DNA of 64,000 nucleotides from Planctomycetota bacterium (GTDB lineage Bacteria; Planctomycetota; Phycisphaerae; SM23-33): NCBI GenBank assembly GCA_024275995.1, contig JAJRYB010000037.1, positions 4,987-68,986 on the forward strand, read 5' to 3'. The translations under genes and the position numbers were made by a program. Numbering within the stretch: position 1 is the stretch's first letter; each line of letters begins with the position of its first letter. The notes below the pieces were generated by a model, which worked only from the letters and a program-made list of their open reading frames with translations, did no database searches and was not told where the DNA came from. This document shows positions 29,501-39,511 of this stretch, in pieces.

Positions 29501-32461
29501 ATGTCCAACGAGAAAAAAACCTACAAAGACACGCTGAACCTGCCGAAGACCGGATTCGACATGCGGGCGAACCTGCTGAAGAAAGAGCCTGACCTCCAGA
29601 AGCGATGGCGCGACGAGAGGCTTTACGAACGCATCCGCTCGCAGCGGCAGGGCGCCGAGCGGTTCGTGTTGCACGACGGGCCGCCATACGCCAATGGAAA
29701 TATCCATATGGGCACCGCACTGAACAAGGTGCTCAAGGACATGGTCGTGCGCATAAGGAACATGACCGGTTTCGACGCGCCGTACCTGCCCGGATGGGAC
29801 TGCCACGGGCTGCCCATCGAGGCGAAGGTCATGGACGAACTGGGCGAGGACGCCCGGCGGATGCCGCCCATGGACATCCGCAAACGCTGCCGGAAATACG
29901 CGGATAAATTCGTCCGGCTGCAATCCGAACAGTTCCAGCGGCTCGGCATTCTCGGACAGTTCGAGAAGCCCTATATAACCATGAACCCTCGGTACGAATC
30001 GGCCGTGCTGGAAGTCTTCGCGCAACTCGTGGAAAAGGGACTGGTCTACCGCCAGCTCAAGCCCGTCCACTGGTCCATCGAGAACCGAACCGCGCTTGCC
30101 GATGCGGAACTGGAATACCACGATCGCGACGATACGAGCCTCTACGTGCTGTTTCCGATCGCGGGCGAGATGCCGCTGGGCAAAAGCGGCAAGTCGCACC
30201 TGCTGATCTGGACCACTACGCCGTGGACGCTTCCGGCGAACCTCGCCGTCGCGGTGCATCCGGACTTCCAATACGCAGCCGTGCGCATGAAAACCGGCGA
30301 CGGAGAGGTGACGGCCGTCGTGGCGGAAAAACTGCTCGATCCGATCGTCAGGGTGGTCCGGGAAAAACGCCCCGGCTGGCTGGAATCGTTCGATATCGTT
30401 CGGACAATGACGGGACGGGAACTTGTCGAGCTGGACCTGAAGTACGAGCATCCGCTGATCGCTGGAAAGCTCTGCCCTCTCGTGGAGGCGAACTACGTAA
30501 CGCTGGAAGACGGCACGGGACTGGTTCATACCGCGCCGGGTCACGGCATGGAGGACTACGGTACAGCCCTGAAAGCGGGCCTGGAAATCTACTGCCCCGT
30601 AAAGGACGACGGGACGTTCGACGAAACCGTGCCCGAGTTCCTGCGCGGCCTCAGCGTATGGGATGGCAACGCCCTGGTTACGAAGTGCCTCTCCGAAGCG
30701 AAGCTCCTGCTCCTGGAAGAGACGATCCGCCACTCATATCCGCACGATTGGCGATCCAAAACGCCGACGATTTTCCGCGCGACCGAGCAGTGGTTCGTAG
30801 CGGTGGACCGCCCCCTGAAAGGACAGGACGAGACGCTGCGACAACTCGCGATGGCCTCGTGCGGCGCAAACGCCTCCGAAGGCGGGGTGGACTTCATCCC
30901 CGCATGGGGACGCAACCGGATCACGGGAATGCTTGAAAGCCGGCCCGACTGGTGCCTGTCCCGGCAGAGGACGTGGGGGCTTGCGATACCGGTTTTCTAC
31001 AACGAGCTGGGCCAGTCACTGCTGACGCCGCAAAGCGTACGCACGGTCGCGCGGGTGTTCGCCGAGAAAGGCTCCGACGCATGGTTCACGATGGACGCGG
31101 CGGAACTGCTGGCCGGCTACGACCCGCAAGCGGACAGCGACCTGGCGAACCCGGACGATTTCCGCACCGACATGCTCGTAGCGGGAAAGGACATTTTCGA
31201 CGTGTGGTTCGAGTCCGGATCGAGCTGGTTCGCCGTAGCCGTGCAGGAAGGACTGGTAGACGATATCCCGGTGGACCTGTACCTGGAAGGTTCCGATCAG
31301 CATCGCGGGTGGTTCCAGCTTTCGCTGCTTCCGGCGATGGGTTCCAGGGGCATCGCGCCGTTTCGCACCGTGCTTACGCACGGGTTCGTGGTGACCGAAG
31401 ACGGGCACAAGATGAGCAAGTCGCTCGGAAACACCATCGACGCTATCGCCCAGCTCGACAAGCGCGGCGCCGACGTGCTGCGGCTGTGGATTGCCTCGCA
31501 GAACTACCAGGACGATATCCGATGCTCCGAGGAGCTTATCGCCCAGGCCTCGGACGCCTACCGCAAGATCCGCAACACGCTGCGGTTCTGCATGGGAGCG
31601 TGCGCGGATTTCGATCCGGCGACCAGCGCCGCCGCGCCGGCTGAGCACTCGGTGGACCTGTGGATGCGGATGGAGCTGCACCGCCTGGTGCGCGACGTGC
31701 GGTCCGCTTTCGACGGATACGAGTTCCATCGCGCGATGCGCCTGATCTACGAGTTCTGCACCGTGCAGGCTTCGAGCATATACCTCTCCGCCGTCAAGGA
31801 CCGGCTTTACTGCGAGCTGCCCGGTTCGCCGCGCCGCCGCGCGACCCAGACGGTTATCCATGAGACGCTCATGACGCTGATAAGGCTGCTGGCGCCCATA
31901 CTGCCGCACACCTGCGAGGAGGCGTGGTCGCACGTGCCCAACCGCCCCGCCGATCAGCCCGACAGCCCGCACCTCGCCTTGCTGCCGGACTTCGACGCCG
32001 AAACGCTGCGACTTGCCGACGACCTTCGCCCGGTGAACCAGGACGAGGCGATGTTCTCGTCCGACGTGCTCCAGGGCGGTCCGGCGATGGTATGGGACCG
32101 CCTGCTCGCGCTTAGACAGGAAGGTATGGTGAAGCTCGAAACGCTTCGCAACGCCGGCGTAAAGAACCCCCTGGACGCCGAGGTCGTGTTCCGGATAGCC
32201 TCCGGGAACGACGACGCCGGGGCGTTCCTGGAAGGCTACCTGCGGGAGATGGAGGACCTGCTGGGTGTCGGGTACGCCAGGATCGAACGCACCGAAGACG
32301 TAGCGGACCCCGACGCGATCACCGTCGAGGTGTTCGACACGAGAAACAAGTACGCCCGCTGCGAGCGGAGCTGGAAACGGCGCCCTGACGTAGGGTCTGA
32401 CGAAAACTATCCCGACCTTTCCGCGCGCGACGCAGCCGTGATCAGGCAACTGTCCTCATGA
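29501..32461 (+). CDS. ileS: Isoleucine--tRNA ligase
   Basis: Class I aaRS HIGH motif (PYANGNIHMGTALNK) and KMSKS (KMSKSLGN). 986 aa with editing and anticodon-binding regions. Overlaps purN by 4 nt (ATGA). Confidence 0.95.
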   Translation: MSNEKKTYKDTLNLPKTGFDMRANLLKKEPDLQKRWRDERLYERIRSQRQGAERFVLHDGPPYANGNIHMGTALNKVLKDMVVRIRNMTGFDAPYLPGWDCHGLPIEAKVMDELGEDARRMPPMDIRKRCRKYADKFVRLQSEQFQRLGILGQFEKPYITMNPRYESAVLEVFAQLVEKGLVYRQLKPVHWSIENRTALADAELEYHDRDDTSLYVLFPIAGEMPLGKSGKSHLLIWTTTPWTLPANLAVAVHPDFQYAAVRMKTGDGEVTAVVAEKLLDPIVRVVREKRPGWLESFDIVRTMTGRELVELDLKYEHPLIAGKLCPLVEANYVTLEDGTGLVHTAPGHGMEDYGTALKAGLEIYCPVKDDGTFDETVPEFLRGLSVWDGNALVTKCLSEAKLLLLEETIRHSYPHDWRSKTPTIFRATEQWFVAVDRPLKGQDETLRQLAMASCGANASEGGVDFIPAWGRNRITGMLESRPDWCLSRQRTWGLAIPVFYNELGQSLLTPQSVRTVARVFAEKGSDAWFTMDAAELLAGYDPQADSDLANPDDFRTDMLVAGKDIFDVWFESGSSWFAVAVQEGLVDDIPVDLYLEGSDQHRGWFQLSLLPAMGSRGIAPFRTVLTHGFVVTEDGHKMSKSLGNTIDAIAQLDKRGADVLRLWIASQNYQDDIRCSEELIAQASDAYRKIRNTLRFCMGACADFDPATSAAAPAEHSVDLWMRMELHRLVRDVRSAFDGYEFHRAMRLIYEFCTVQASSIYLSAVKDRLYCELPGSPRRRATQTVIHETLMTLIRLLAPILPHTCEEAWSHVPNRPADQPDSPHLALLPDFDAETLRLADDLRPVNQDEAMFSSDVLQGGPAMVWDRLLALRQEGMVKLETLRNAGVKNPLDAEVVFRIASGNDDAGAFLEGYLREMEDLLGVGYARIERTEDVADPDAITVEVFDTRNKYARCERSWKRRPDVGSDENYPDLSARDAAVIRQLSS

Positions 32462-33111
32462 ACGCAAATGCAAACAAAACGAAACCGATTCGCCTTGGCG
32501 TGCTGCTGTCGGGCGGCGGGCGAACGCTGGAAAATATAGTTGAGAAAATCGACGCCGGCGAGCTGGACGCACAGGTCGCCGTCGTCGTCGCATCCCGCCG
32601 GTGCAAGGGTCTCGATCGCGCGCAAGAGGCGAACCTGAAAGCGAAGCTCGTGGAGTACAAATCCTTCAAGCGGCCCGACGGATCCCCGGACGCTGCGGGC
32701 TATTCCAGCGCCATCGCCGGCTACCTGGACACGGCGAAGGTGGACCTTGTCTGCATGGCGGGGTTCCTGTCGTTCTGGGAGATACCGCCGAACTACGATG
32801 GGCGCGTCATGAACATCCATCCCGCCCTGCTTCCGAGCTTCGGCGGGCACGGAATGTTCGGACACCACGTTCACGAAGCGGTCCTGGCGGCGGGTTGCAA
32901 GGTCTCCGGCTGCACCGTTCACTTCGTGACGAACGAGTACGACGCCGGGCCGATTATCGTCCAGCGCACGGTGGAGGTCCGCTACGAGGACAGCCCGGAC
33001 ACTTTGGCCGAGCGAATCTTCGAGCAGGAATGCATCGCGTATCCCCGCGCAATTCACCTGTTCGCCGAAGGCAGGCTTGAAATCGACGGACGGGTCGTGC
33101 GTGTAATCTGA
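32458..33111 (+). CDS. purN: Phosphoribosylglycinamide formyltransferase
   Basis: The formyl-transferase motif IRLGVLLSGGGRTLENI...NIHPALLPSFGGHGM...H is typical PurN. Confidence 0.9.
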   Translation: MNANANKTKPIRLGVLLSGGGRTLENIVEKIDAGELDAQVAVVVASRRCKGLDRAQEANLKAKLVEYKSFKRPDGSPDAAGYSSAIAGYLDTAKVDLVCMAGFLSFWEIPPNYDGRVMNIHPALLPSFGGHGMFGHHVHEAVLAAGCKVSGCTVHFVTNEYDAGPIIVQRTVEVRYEDSPDTLAERIFEQECIAYPRAIHLFAEGRLEIDGRVVRVI

Positions 33112-33116
33112 AAACG

Positions 33117-34565
33117 TTGCGAACGGATGGACGATGTGTTATAATGCCACCTCGTGCCAGCTCAGCCTGGGCGCATCAGAGGCGAGACGGCTTCGCCGCA
33201 AACGTTTCGCATAACCCCGATCGAACCACGAGGAAAATCTTGACAGAGATAACGGACAATTTCGAGCTTCAGAACGTTGACGAACCCAACCTTTTCCGGG
33301 AAATGTTCCCGTACAGCGAGATACCGAAGGTTCTCTTTGACGAGGCCTTGGTCCCGCTCGCCCCGGCGAGTGAAATATGGATTACGGACACCACGTTCCG
33401 CGACGGTCAGCAGGCACGGGCGCCCTACACTACCCAGCAGGTCGTGGACATCTTCAAGCTCATGGTGAAGCTGGACGGCGGGAGCGGGCTTATCCGCATG
33501 AGCGAGTTTTTCATGTACTCGAAGAAGGACCGCCAGGCGGTGGAGGCCTGCCGCGAAGTCGGAGCGGAATTTCCACAGATCACCAGTTGGATACGCGCGG
33601 TCAAGAGCGACTTCAAGCTCGTCAAAGACATGGGATTCGACGAGACGGGCATCCTGGTCAGTTGCTCCGACTACCACATATTCCTGAAACTCAAGAAGAC
33701 GCGCAAGCAGGCGATGGAGCAGTACATGGACATCGTGCGCGGCGCGCTGGACGTGGGAATCCGCCCCCGCTGCCACTTCGAGGACATGACGCGCGCGGAC
33801 TTCCACGGGTTCGTCCTGCCGCTGGCGATCGAGCTTATGAAGTTGCGGGAAGAAAGCGGAATCGACGTCAAAATCCGCATGTGCGACACGATGGGGTTCG
33901 GCGTGCCCTGGCCGCAGGCAAAACTGCCCAGGAGCGTCCCAAAGCTCGTCCACGGGCTTATCCACGACGCCGGGGTTCCGGGAGAGCTGCTCGAGTGGCA
34001 CGGGCACAACGACTTTCACAAGGCGTTAATCAACCCGGTGGCGGCGTGGCTGTACGGCTGCGCTTCCTGCAACGGCAGCATCCTGGGCATCGGCGAGCGC
34101 ACGGGTAACACGCCCATCGGCGCCATGGTGGTCGAGGCTGCGCAGATCAAGGGCATGGACGAGCGCGTGAACTATCCCGTCATCACCGAAATCGCCGAAT
34201 ATTATCGGCGTGAACTGGGATACGAAATCCCGCACAACTACCCGCTTGTCGGGCGAGACTTCAACACGACGCGCGCCGGTATCCACGCCGACGGACTGCT
34301 CAAGAGCGAGGAGATATACAGCCCGTTCGACACGCTGAAGATTCTCGGCCGCCCGCCCGGCGTCGCGATTACCGACAAGTCCGGAGCCGCGGGGATCAAA
34401 CACTGGATAGAGGCGCACGGCGGCGAGGAGATATCCAAGGACGACCCGCGCCTGCTCGCGATTCGCGACAAGGTCGAGGCGGAATACGAAGTGGGTCGCA
34501 CCACCGCTATCAGCGACGACGAAATGCAGGCCTGGCTGCACGAGGTTTTCGACGAGAACGCCTGA
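33117..34565 (+). CDS. DRE-TIM metallolyase (HMGL-like; isopropylmalate/homocitrate/citramalate synthase family) protein
   Basis: DTTFRDGQQ substrate-carbonyl motif. IRMCDTMGFGVP and HGHNDF...NGIGERTGN metal-binding motifs match the LeuA/NifV/CimA catalytic TIM barrel. Specific substrate is not assignable. Confidence 0.65.
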   Translation: MRTDGRCVIMPPRASSAWAHQRRDGFAANVSHNPDRTTRKILTEITDNFELQNVDEPNLFREMFPYSEIPKVLFDEALVPLAPASEIWITDTTFRDGQQARAPYTTQQVVDIFKLMVKLDGGSGLIRMSEFFMYSKKDRQAVEACREVGAEFPQITSWIRAVKSDFKLVKDMGFDETGILVSCSDYHIFLKLKKTRKQAMEQYMDIVRGALDVGIRPRCHFEDMTRADFHGFVLPLAIELMKLREESGIDVKIRMCDTMGFGVPWPQAKLPRSVPKLVHGLIHDAGVPGELLEWHGHNDFHKALINPVAAWLYGCASCNGSILGIGERTGNTPIGAMVVEAAQIKGMDERVNYPVITEIAEYYRRELGYEIPHNYPLVGRDFNTTRAGIHADGLLKSEEIYSPFDTLKILGRPPGVAITDKSGAAGIKHWIEAHGGEEISKDDPRLLAIRDKVEAEYEVGRTTAISDDEMQAWLHEVFDENA

Positions 34566-34570
34566 GAAAT

Positions 34571-35248
34571 TCAGGACTCGATATACGCCGCGACGATGAC
34601 CGGCAGGCCCGCGAGACGCTGGGTGTGCATTCGCACTGACATTCGAACGGACTGCGGAAACAGCGCCCGCAATGCCGATGCGTCGAGCGGATTGAGGTTG
34701 TCCCTCTCGGCGCACCACGCCCTTCCCGCAAGACGGTACACGTGATTCCTCAGGTCTTCCGGCAGCCAGTGAACCATCGGCAGGAGCGTGTGCGGTTCCA
34801 GCGGGCTTGCCGCGTCCGGCGTGGCGATCCACACACGACGGGCGACGCGGACCATCTCCGCGACGAAGCGCCCCTGATTCTCGCGCGATCCTACGTGCTC
34901 GATCACGGCGTTGGAGTGGGCGATATCGAAGCTGCCGTCCTCAAAGGGCAGGTCGCAGCCGTCCGCGCGGACGAAACGGATATTCCTCTCGCGGCAAATC
35001 TGCGGCTCGGATTCGATACCGCAGGCTGTGAGATTCTCCGGCTGGGGATACCATCGCAACAAGGCGTTACCGCTGCCCGTCGAGGCGGCAGAGACGCCGA
35101 CATCCAGGATACGATCGGCCGGGCCTGCCCCGCAGAGGCGAACAAACAGCTCGTAGCGCCTCCTGCGTAAACGCTCGCTCACTTTCAGCGCCCACCGCCA
35201 GGCTGCACCGTCGGGCCAATTCCACCATCCGCTCCGCTCGCAAGTCAT
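34571..35248 (-). CDS. Class I SAM-dependent methyltransferase
   Basis: Motif I ILDVGVSAASTGSG. Post-I DLPFEDGSFDIAHSNAVIEHV (Methyltransf_11-like). The ORF opens at 35407; the start is taken at MTCERSG (35248) to avoid overlapping the divergent phosphatase gene. Confidence 0.65.
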   Translation of the reverse strand: MTCERSGWWNWPDGAAWRWALKVSERLRRRRYELFVRLCGAGPADRILDVGVSAASTGSGNALLRWYPQPENLTACGIESEPQICRERNIRFVRADGCDLPFEDGSFDIAHSNAVIEHVGSRENQGRFVAEMVRVARRVWIATPDAASPLEPHTLLPMVHWLPEDLRNHVYRLAGRAWCAERDNLNPLDASALRALFPQSVRMSVRMHTQRLAGLPVIVAAYIES

Positions 35249-35311
35249 GGGAGGATTGTAAGTGCACCGGTAGCGTATCGCTACGCCCTGCAGGCGCGGT
35301 ACAATCTTCCC

Positions 35312-35845
35312 ATGCGTTTTTTGCGATATCACGGACTTCAAATCCTCGTTGCCGCGGCGATGCTCACGGCTGCGGTTGCGGTGCACACAAAGTTCATCTT
35401 CCGGCACAATTTCGCCACGGTCGTGGACGGAAGGCTGTATCGTTCCAGCCAGCCGAGGGGCGATGATTGGAATATCCTGAGTCGATGGGGAATCGCTACC
35501 GTCGTAAACCTGCGTACACGGGAAGAATCACCCGCCTCTCTCGTCCGCGAGAAACGCATTTGCGCCGAGGCCGGCGTTCGCATGGTCCACATCCCAATAG
35601 CGGCGGAGTTGCCCTCGCCGCAACAGGTGGACGAATTCCTGCGGCTGGCTGAATCATCATCCGGACCGATACTGATTCACTGCAAACACGGCGAAGACCG
35701 CTCCGGCGTGATGGTGGCTGCGTTTCGCGTATCGGCTCAGGGATGGAGCATCCGGCGAGCCGTTCGGGAAATGTTCCGCTACCGCGCCAGACCCGATGCC
35801 GGCAAGCTCGAACGGATAGAGGCGATTCTGGAGAAGTTGCGATAG
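35312..35845 (+). CDS. Membrane-anchored dual-specificity/tyrosine phosphatase-like protein
   Basis: N-terminal TM helix (LQILVAAAMLTAAVAV). CX5R catalytic P-loop HCKHGEDRSG. Confidence 0.7.
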   Translation: MRFLRYHGLQILVAAAMLTAAVAVHTKFIFRHNFATVVDGRLYRSSQPRGDDWNILSRWGIATVVNLRTREESPASLVREKRICAEAGVRMVHIPIAAELPSPQQVDEFLRLAESSSGPILIHCKHGEDRSGVMVAAFRVSAQGWSIRRAVREMFRYRARPDAGKLERIEAILEKLR

Positions 35846-35951
35846 ATCTTAAATCTCAAATCTCAGATCTCAGATAAAATCTTTTTCCTGAAAAACTTCG
35901 AATCATCCCAACCGGCGGGTAGTTTATTACAATGTGGAATGAGCGGTATGC

Positions 35952-38900
35952 GTGTGGTTGGGTTGCGCAGCCGTCGCGTTGGCCAAGTCAAAACACCTGA
36001 TGAGGAGTCGCGGGCTTTTGACCACGCTGGATTATCGCGGTATTGACGAAATCTACAGTCGGCTGGCTGGAGTCTGGACCCGCCGATGGACTATCCGTCT
36101 TCTCTCGGCGGCGGCGGCGGTCGGCACGTCCGTCCTGGCGGGACTGCTGCTTGCTGGGCTTTCGCTTGGCTACTGGCGGAACCAGCCCCCCTCCTGGTTG
36201 CGATGGACGGTGCTGCTGGCTGGGTGCGGTGCGGTAGGCCTGGCAGTCTTCTGGTACCTGCTGCGATCGATCCTCTGGCGGCAGAACCCGGCGCAGAACG
36301 CACGCTTCATCGAAAGTAATCTCCCACAACTGCGCAACGACCTGATCAACTCCGTCCTGCTCGCCTGCGACGACGAGCAGGTAAGCGACGAGATGGTGGA
36401 ATTGGCGATACGCGAATCGCTGAACCGTTCCCGGAGGGAGGACCTCAAACGCAGCGCCTCGTTCAAACCGCTCCGCAGGTGGGGCCTGGCGCTGGCTGTC
36501 GCGACAGTGGCGATGGCGGCGCTCTGTGTTTTCCAGGGCGGCGCGATGGCGGCGGGCATCCGGGCTGCGCTTTTTCCGGTGGAATTCGTCCCGCGAGTGA
36601 ACGATCTCGGACTGGTAAGGCTTCAACCCGGTGACACGACGATTTACGCCGGTGAGCCGCTGACGATAATGGTGCAGGTCGAGAACCCAACGGGACGCCG
36701 GCTGGACGGTTACGTCGAGATAGCCGGTGCGGGCGATCCGATGCCCATGCTCGCGAGCGATTCGTACTCCACCTTCACACTGCATCTCAAGAGGGTCGAT
36801 GAATCCTTCCGCTACGCGGTGCACGCAGGCTCTTCCGCCTGGCCGGTGCATCGGAAGTACTTCACGGTCCACGTGATGAAACGTGTGGGCGTGGAAGGGT
36901 TGGACATAAAGTACGATTACCCCGCTTACACGAAGCTGCCCAGTCGAACGGAGGTCAACGCCGATGGAAAGATCAGCGCCGTCGCCGGCAGCAGGGCCAC
37001 CGTTACGCTGCGTCTCTCGTCGCCCACGGCGTCGGCATGGTTGGAACTCGCCGGGACCTCGGCGATTCGGATGGACCCAGCCGGGGGCGATACGGAATTT
37101 TCCGCGAGCATCCCGGTAGACAAGGACGGGAAGTACAGGATCGTGCTGAAGGATTCCCGCGGGCGAACGCTCCAGCGGCTGCCCAGAGGAAACGGCGGCG
37201 CCGACGTGTACAGCCTTTCCGGAAGAAGTCGCATCGAGGGCTTCTACCTGATCGAGGCGAAACCCGACAGGCCGCCGAAAATCCGCTTCACCTTCCCGGA
37301 CGACGATACCGACGCGCCGCCCGGAGGAAGCCAGAAGGTCCGCCTCGAAATGTCCGACGGGTTCGCCCTTACGACAGCCCGGCTGTTCATGGGCGCCAAG
37401 GGCCAGGCCCTGCAGGAAGTGCACCAGTTCCAGGTGGCCGGTAAAACCGGAGGGCAGTTCGAGTACGAATTCGACCTGAAAGGGTATACCGAGGGTAACG
37501 AGATTTATTATTACGCCTCGGCGACGGACAACCGCGTACTGCCGGGCGTCGCCGGGCCCCAGACCTCCACGAGCAAGCGGTTCAAGATCACCGTCATCGA
37601 TCGGCAGCGCCTGTCCCAGAGGAAGGACCGCCTCTACGAGCAGCTTCGTCGCAGGCTGATGGCGATTCTGCAACTTCAGCTTCCCCAGCGCGTCAACACG
37701 GACATCTGCCGCAAACTCGGCGATCTCAAGCGGATCGCAACGATCGGTGAAACCATCCGCGCAGGACAGGCGGAGATCCTCGCATCCCTGGTCGACCTGA
37801 ACGAGAACTTCCCATTCGAACCCGCCTGGGCGCAGATTCACCAGGTCGTCGCCATGCTCGCGCGAAACGAAGCTCCCCTTGCAACCGCCCAGGCGCGGGT
37901 GCTGGCGAGACTGAAAGCCCTTTCCCGTCGCGACGAGGCCTGTCGTGTGCTTGCCGATACGCAGGAACGGATCATCGACACGATCGAAACGCTCCTGGCG
38001 ATCCTGCCTTCGATGCACAAAAAGGCTTCTGAAAAGAAGGCTGCTCGCGAAGGCGGGGACATTCCACCGGAATCGCGCGAAAAACTCACCCGATTGAAAG
38101 AAAACCTCGAAAAATTCATCGCCGATCAGAGGAAGATAATCAAGGCCGCCGAGCGCCTTACCAAGACTCCCGTGGACAACTTCACCGCGGAGGACGAAAA
38201 GCTGCTCAAGGAATTACTAAGCGTTCAGGACAAGTGGGAAAAGTTCCTCAACGAGCAGTTCACGGACTTTTCCAAAATGGCACAGCAGGATTTTTCGAAT
38301 CCCGTGCTGCTGAAAGAGCTGATCTCGGTCAAGAACGACGTAACGATGGCAAAGGACGCCCTTTCGAAGAAGGCGATGGAGATCGCCACCGCCGTCGAGG
38401 ATAACGGTATCGAGAACGCCAAGACGCTGACGGCGAATATCGAGAAGTGGCTGCCCGACGAGCCGGACCGCAAGAAGTGGTCCATGGAGGACCCCGCCGG
38501 GGGGCAGGAGAACATCGAGCAGCCCGAGCTGCCCAAGGAACTGGAGGACCTCGTGGGCGACCTGCTGGAGGAGGAAGAGGACCTCTTCGATGAGATCGAC
38601 GACGTCACCGGCAAGTACACGATAAGCGGCGACAAGGGTATAGGATGGGACGCGATGGATGGTCCTATCAGCAACATGAACGCCCAGGGCGTTACCGGTA
38701 ACCAGCTTCCCAATACGAATGAAATGGGCGGGCGCAGCGGAGAGGGTCGCCAGGGCAAGTCGACCGGCGAGTTCGTCGAGGATAAAGCCGTCGGCAAGGG
38801 CGGGCGGCGCACGCCGACACGATTGACGCCCGAACCTTTCAGCAAGGGGCAGGTGGATGACAAGTCGCCCGAGCCGGCAGGCGGCGCGACCGGCGGTGGA

Positions 38901-39335
38901 AAAACCTCCGGCGCCGGCGGTGAAGGCCTGGAAGGCCCGGTTCCACCCTCGCTGGCGAGGGAGCTGCAAAGGCTCGCCGGCAAGCAGGCGGCGCTGGTTA
39001 ACAAGGCCGAGAAACTCCGCAACCGGTACAAGGCGACGGACTACCGCAACTTCCAGTTGAACCGGGTCGTAACGCTGATGAGCCGTATCCGCAAGGATCT
39101 GGAAGACCACAAGTACCAGAACGTCCTTCGTGCGCGGAACACGACGCTGGAGGGCATCCGCAAGACTCACCTGCTGCTGACCGGGAAGGTCCACGTCGAG
39201 GTGGACACATCTTCGTCCATGCCGAAATACATCCGCGACGACATCTCCGACGCTATGAACGGGAACCTTCCGGCAGAGTACGCCGACGTGCTCAGGGAAT
39301 ACTACCGCCGGCTGAGCGAGCAGGACGGAAAGTAA
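35952..39335 (+). CDS. Large uncharacterised membrane protein (1127 aa): 2 N-terminal TM helices, beta-rich region, long coiled coil, Gly-rich disordered segment
   Basis: TM segments LLSAAAAVGTSVLAGLLLAGL and WTVLLAGCGAVGLAVFWYLL. The central region is rich in predicted beta structure. Residues ~560-860 are E/K/L/R-rich coiled coil. Residues ~900-980 are G/E/K low complexity. No recognisable catalytic motif. Confidence 0.6.
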   Translation: MWLGCAAVALAKSKHLMRSRGLLTTLDYRGIDEIYSRLAGVWTRRWTIRLLSAAAAVGTSVLAGLLLAGLSLGYWRNQPPSWLRWTVLLAGCGAVGLAVFWYLLRSILWRQNPAQNARFIESNLPQLRNDLINSVLLACDDEQVSDEMVELAIRESLNRSRREDLKRSASFKPLRRWGLALAVATVAMAALCVFQGGAMAAGIRAALFPVEFVPRVNDLGLVRLQPGDTTIYAGEPLTIMVQVENPTGRRLDGYVEIAGAGDPMPMLASDSYSTFTLHLKRVDESFRYAVHAGSSAWPVHRKYFTVHVMKRVGVEGLDIKYDYPAYTKLPSRTEVNADGKISAVAGSRATVTLRLSSPTASAWLELAGTSAIRMDPAGGDTEFSASIPVDKDGKYRIVLKDSRGRTLQRLPRGNGGADVYSLSGRSRIEGFYLIEAKPDRPPKIRFTFPDDDTDAPPGGSQKVRLEMSDGFALTTARLFMGAKGQALQEVHQFQVAGKTGGQFEYEFDLKGYTEGNEIYYYASATDNRVLPGVAGPQTSTSKRFKITVIDRQRLSQRKDRLYEQLRRRLMAILQLQLPQRVNTDICRKLGDLKRIATIGETIRAGQAEILASLVDLNENFPFEPAWAQIHQVVAMLARNEAPLATAQARVLARLKALSRRDEACRVLADTQERIIDTIETLLAILPSMHKKASEKKAAREGGDIPPESREKLTRLKENLEKFIADQRKIIKAAERLTKTPVDNFTAEDEKLLKELLSVQDKWEKFLNEQFTDFSKMAQQDFSNPVLLKELISVKNDVTMAKDALSKKAMEIATAVEDNGIENAKTLTANIEKWLPDEPDRKKWSMEDPAGGQENIEQPELPKELEDLVGDLLEEEEDLFDEIDDVTGKYTISGDKGIGWDAMDGPISNMNAQGVTGNQLPNTNEMGGRSGEGRQGKSTGEFVEDKAVGKGGRRTPTRLTPEPFSKGQVDDKSPEPAGGATGGGKTSGAGGEGLEGPVPPSLARELQRLAGKQAALVNKAEKLRNRYKATDYRNFQLNRVVTLMSRIRKDLEDHKYQNVLRARNTTLEGIRKTHLLLTGKVHVEVDTSSSMPKYIRDDISDAMNGNLPAEYADVLREYYRRLSEQDGK

Positions 39336-39511
39336 CACCCCGGCGGCCCCCTTCAGACACGGGCCGACAACTCCGCCGATACGCCAGGTCTTTCTTAAGA
39401 GCCTCTAAATAAAGTGCGCCCCGACGGGTGTCGATATAGTGCCTAGCCGGGGACGCTTTCGCTATTGAAGCCCACTGGGGCGCGGGGCTCTGACGAGGAG
39501 AGACCTGCTCC

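Noticed and set aside
35988-39338. Minus-strand ORFs 35988-38018 and 38217-39338
   Set aside because: They are antisense to the 1127-aa membrane-protein gene, whose TM, coiled-coil and RBS features support the plus strand. The antisense products are low-complexity.
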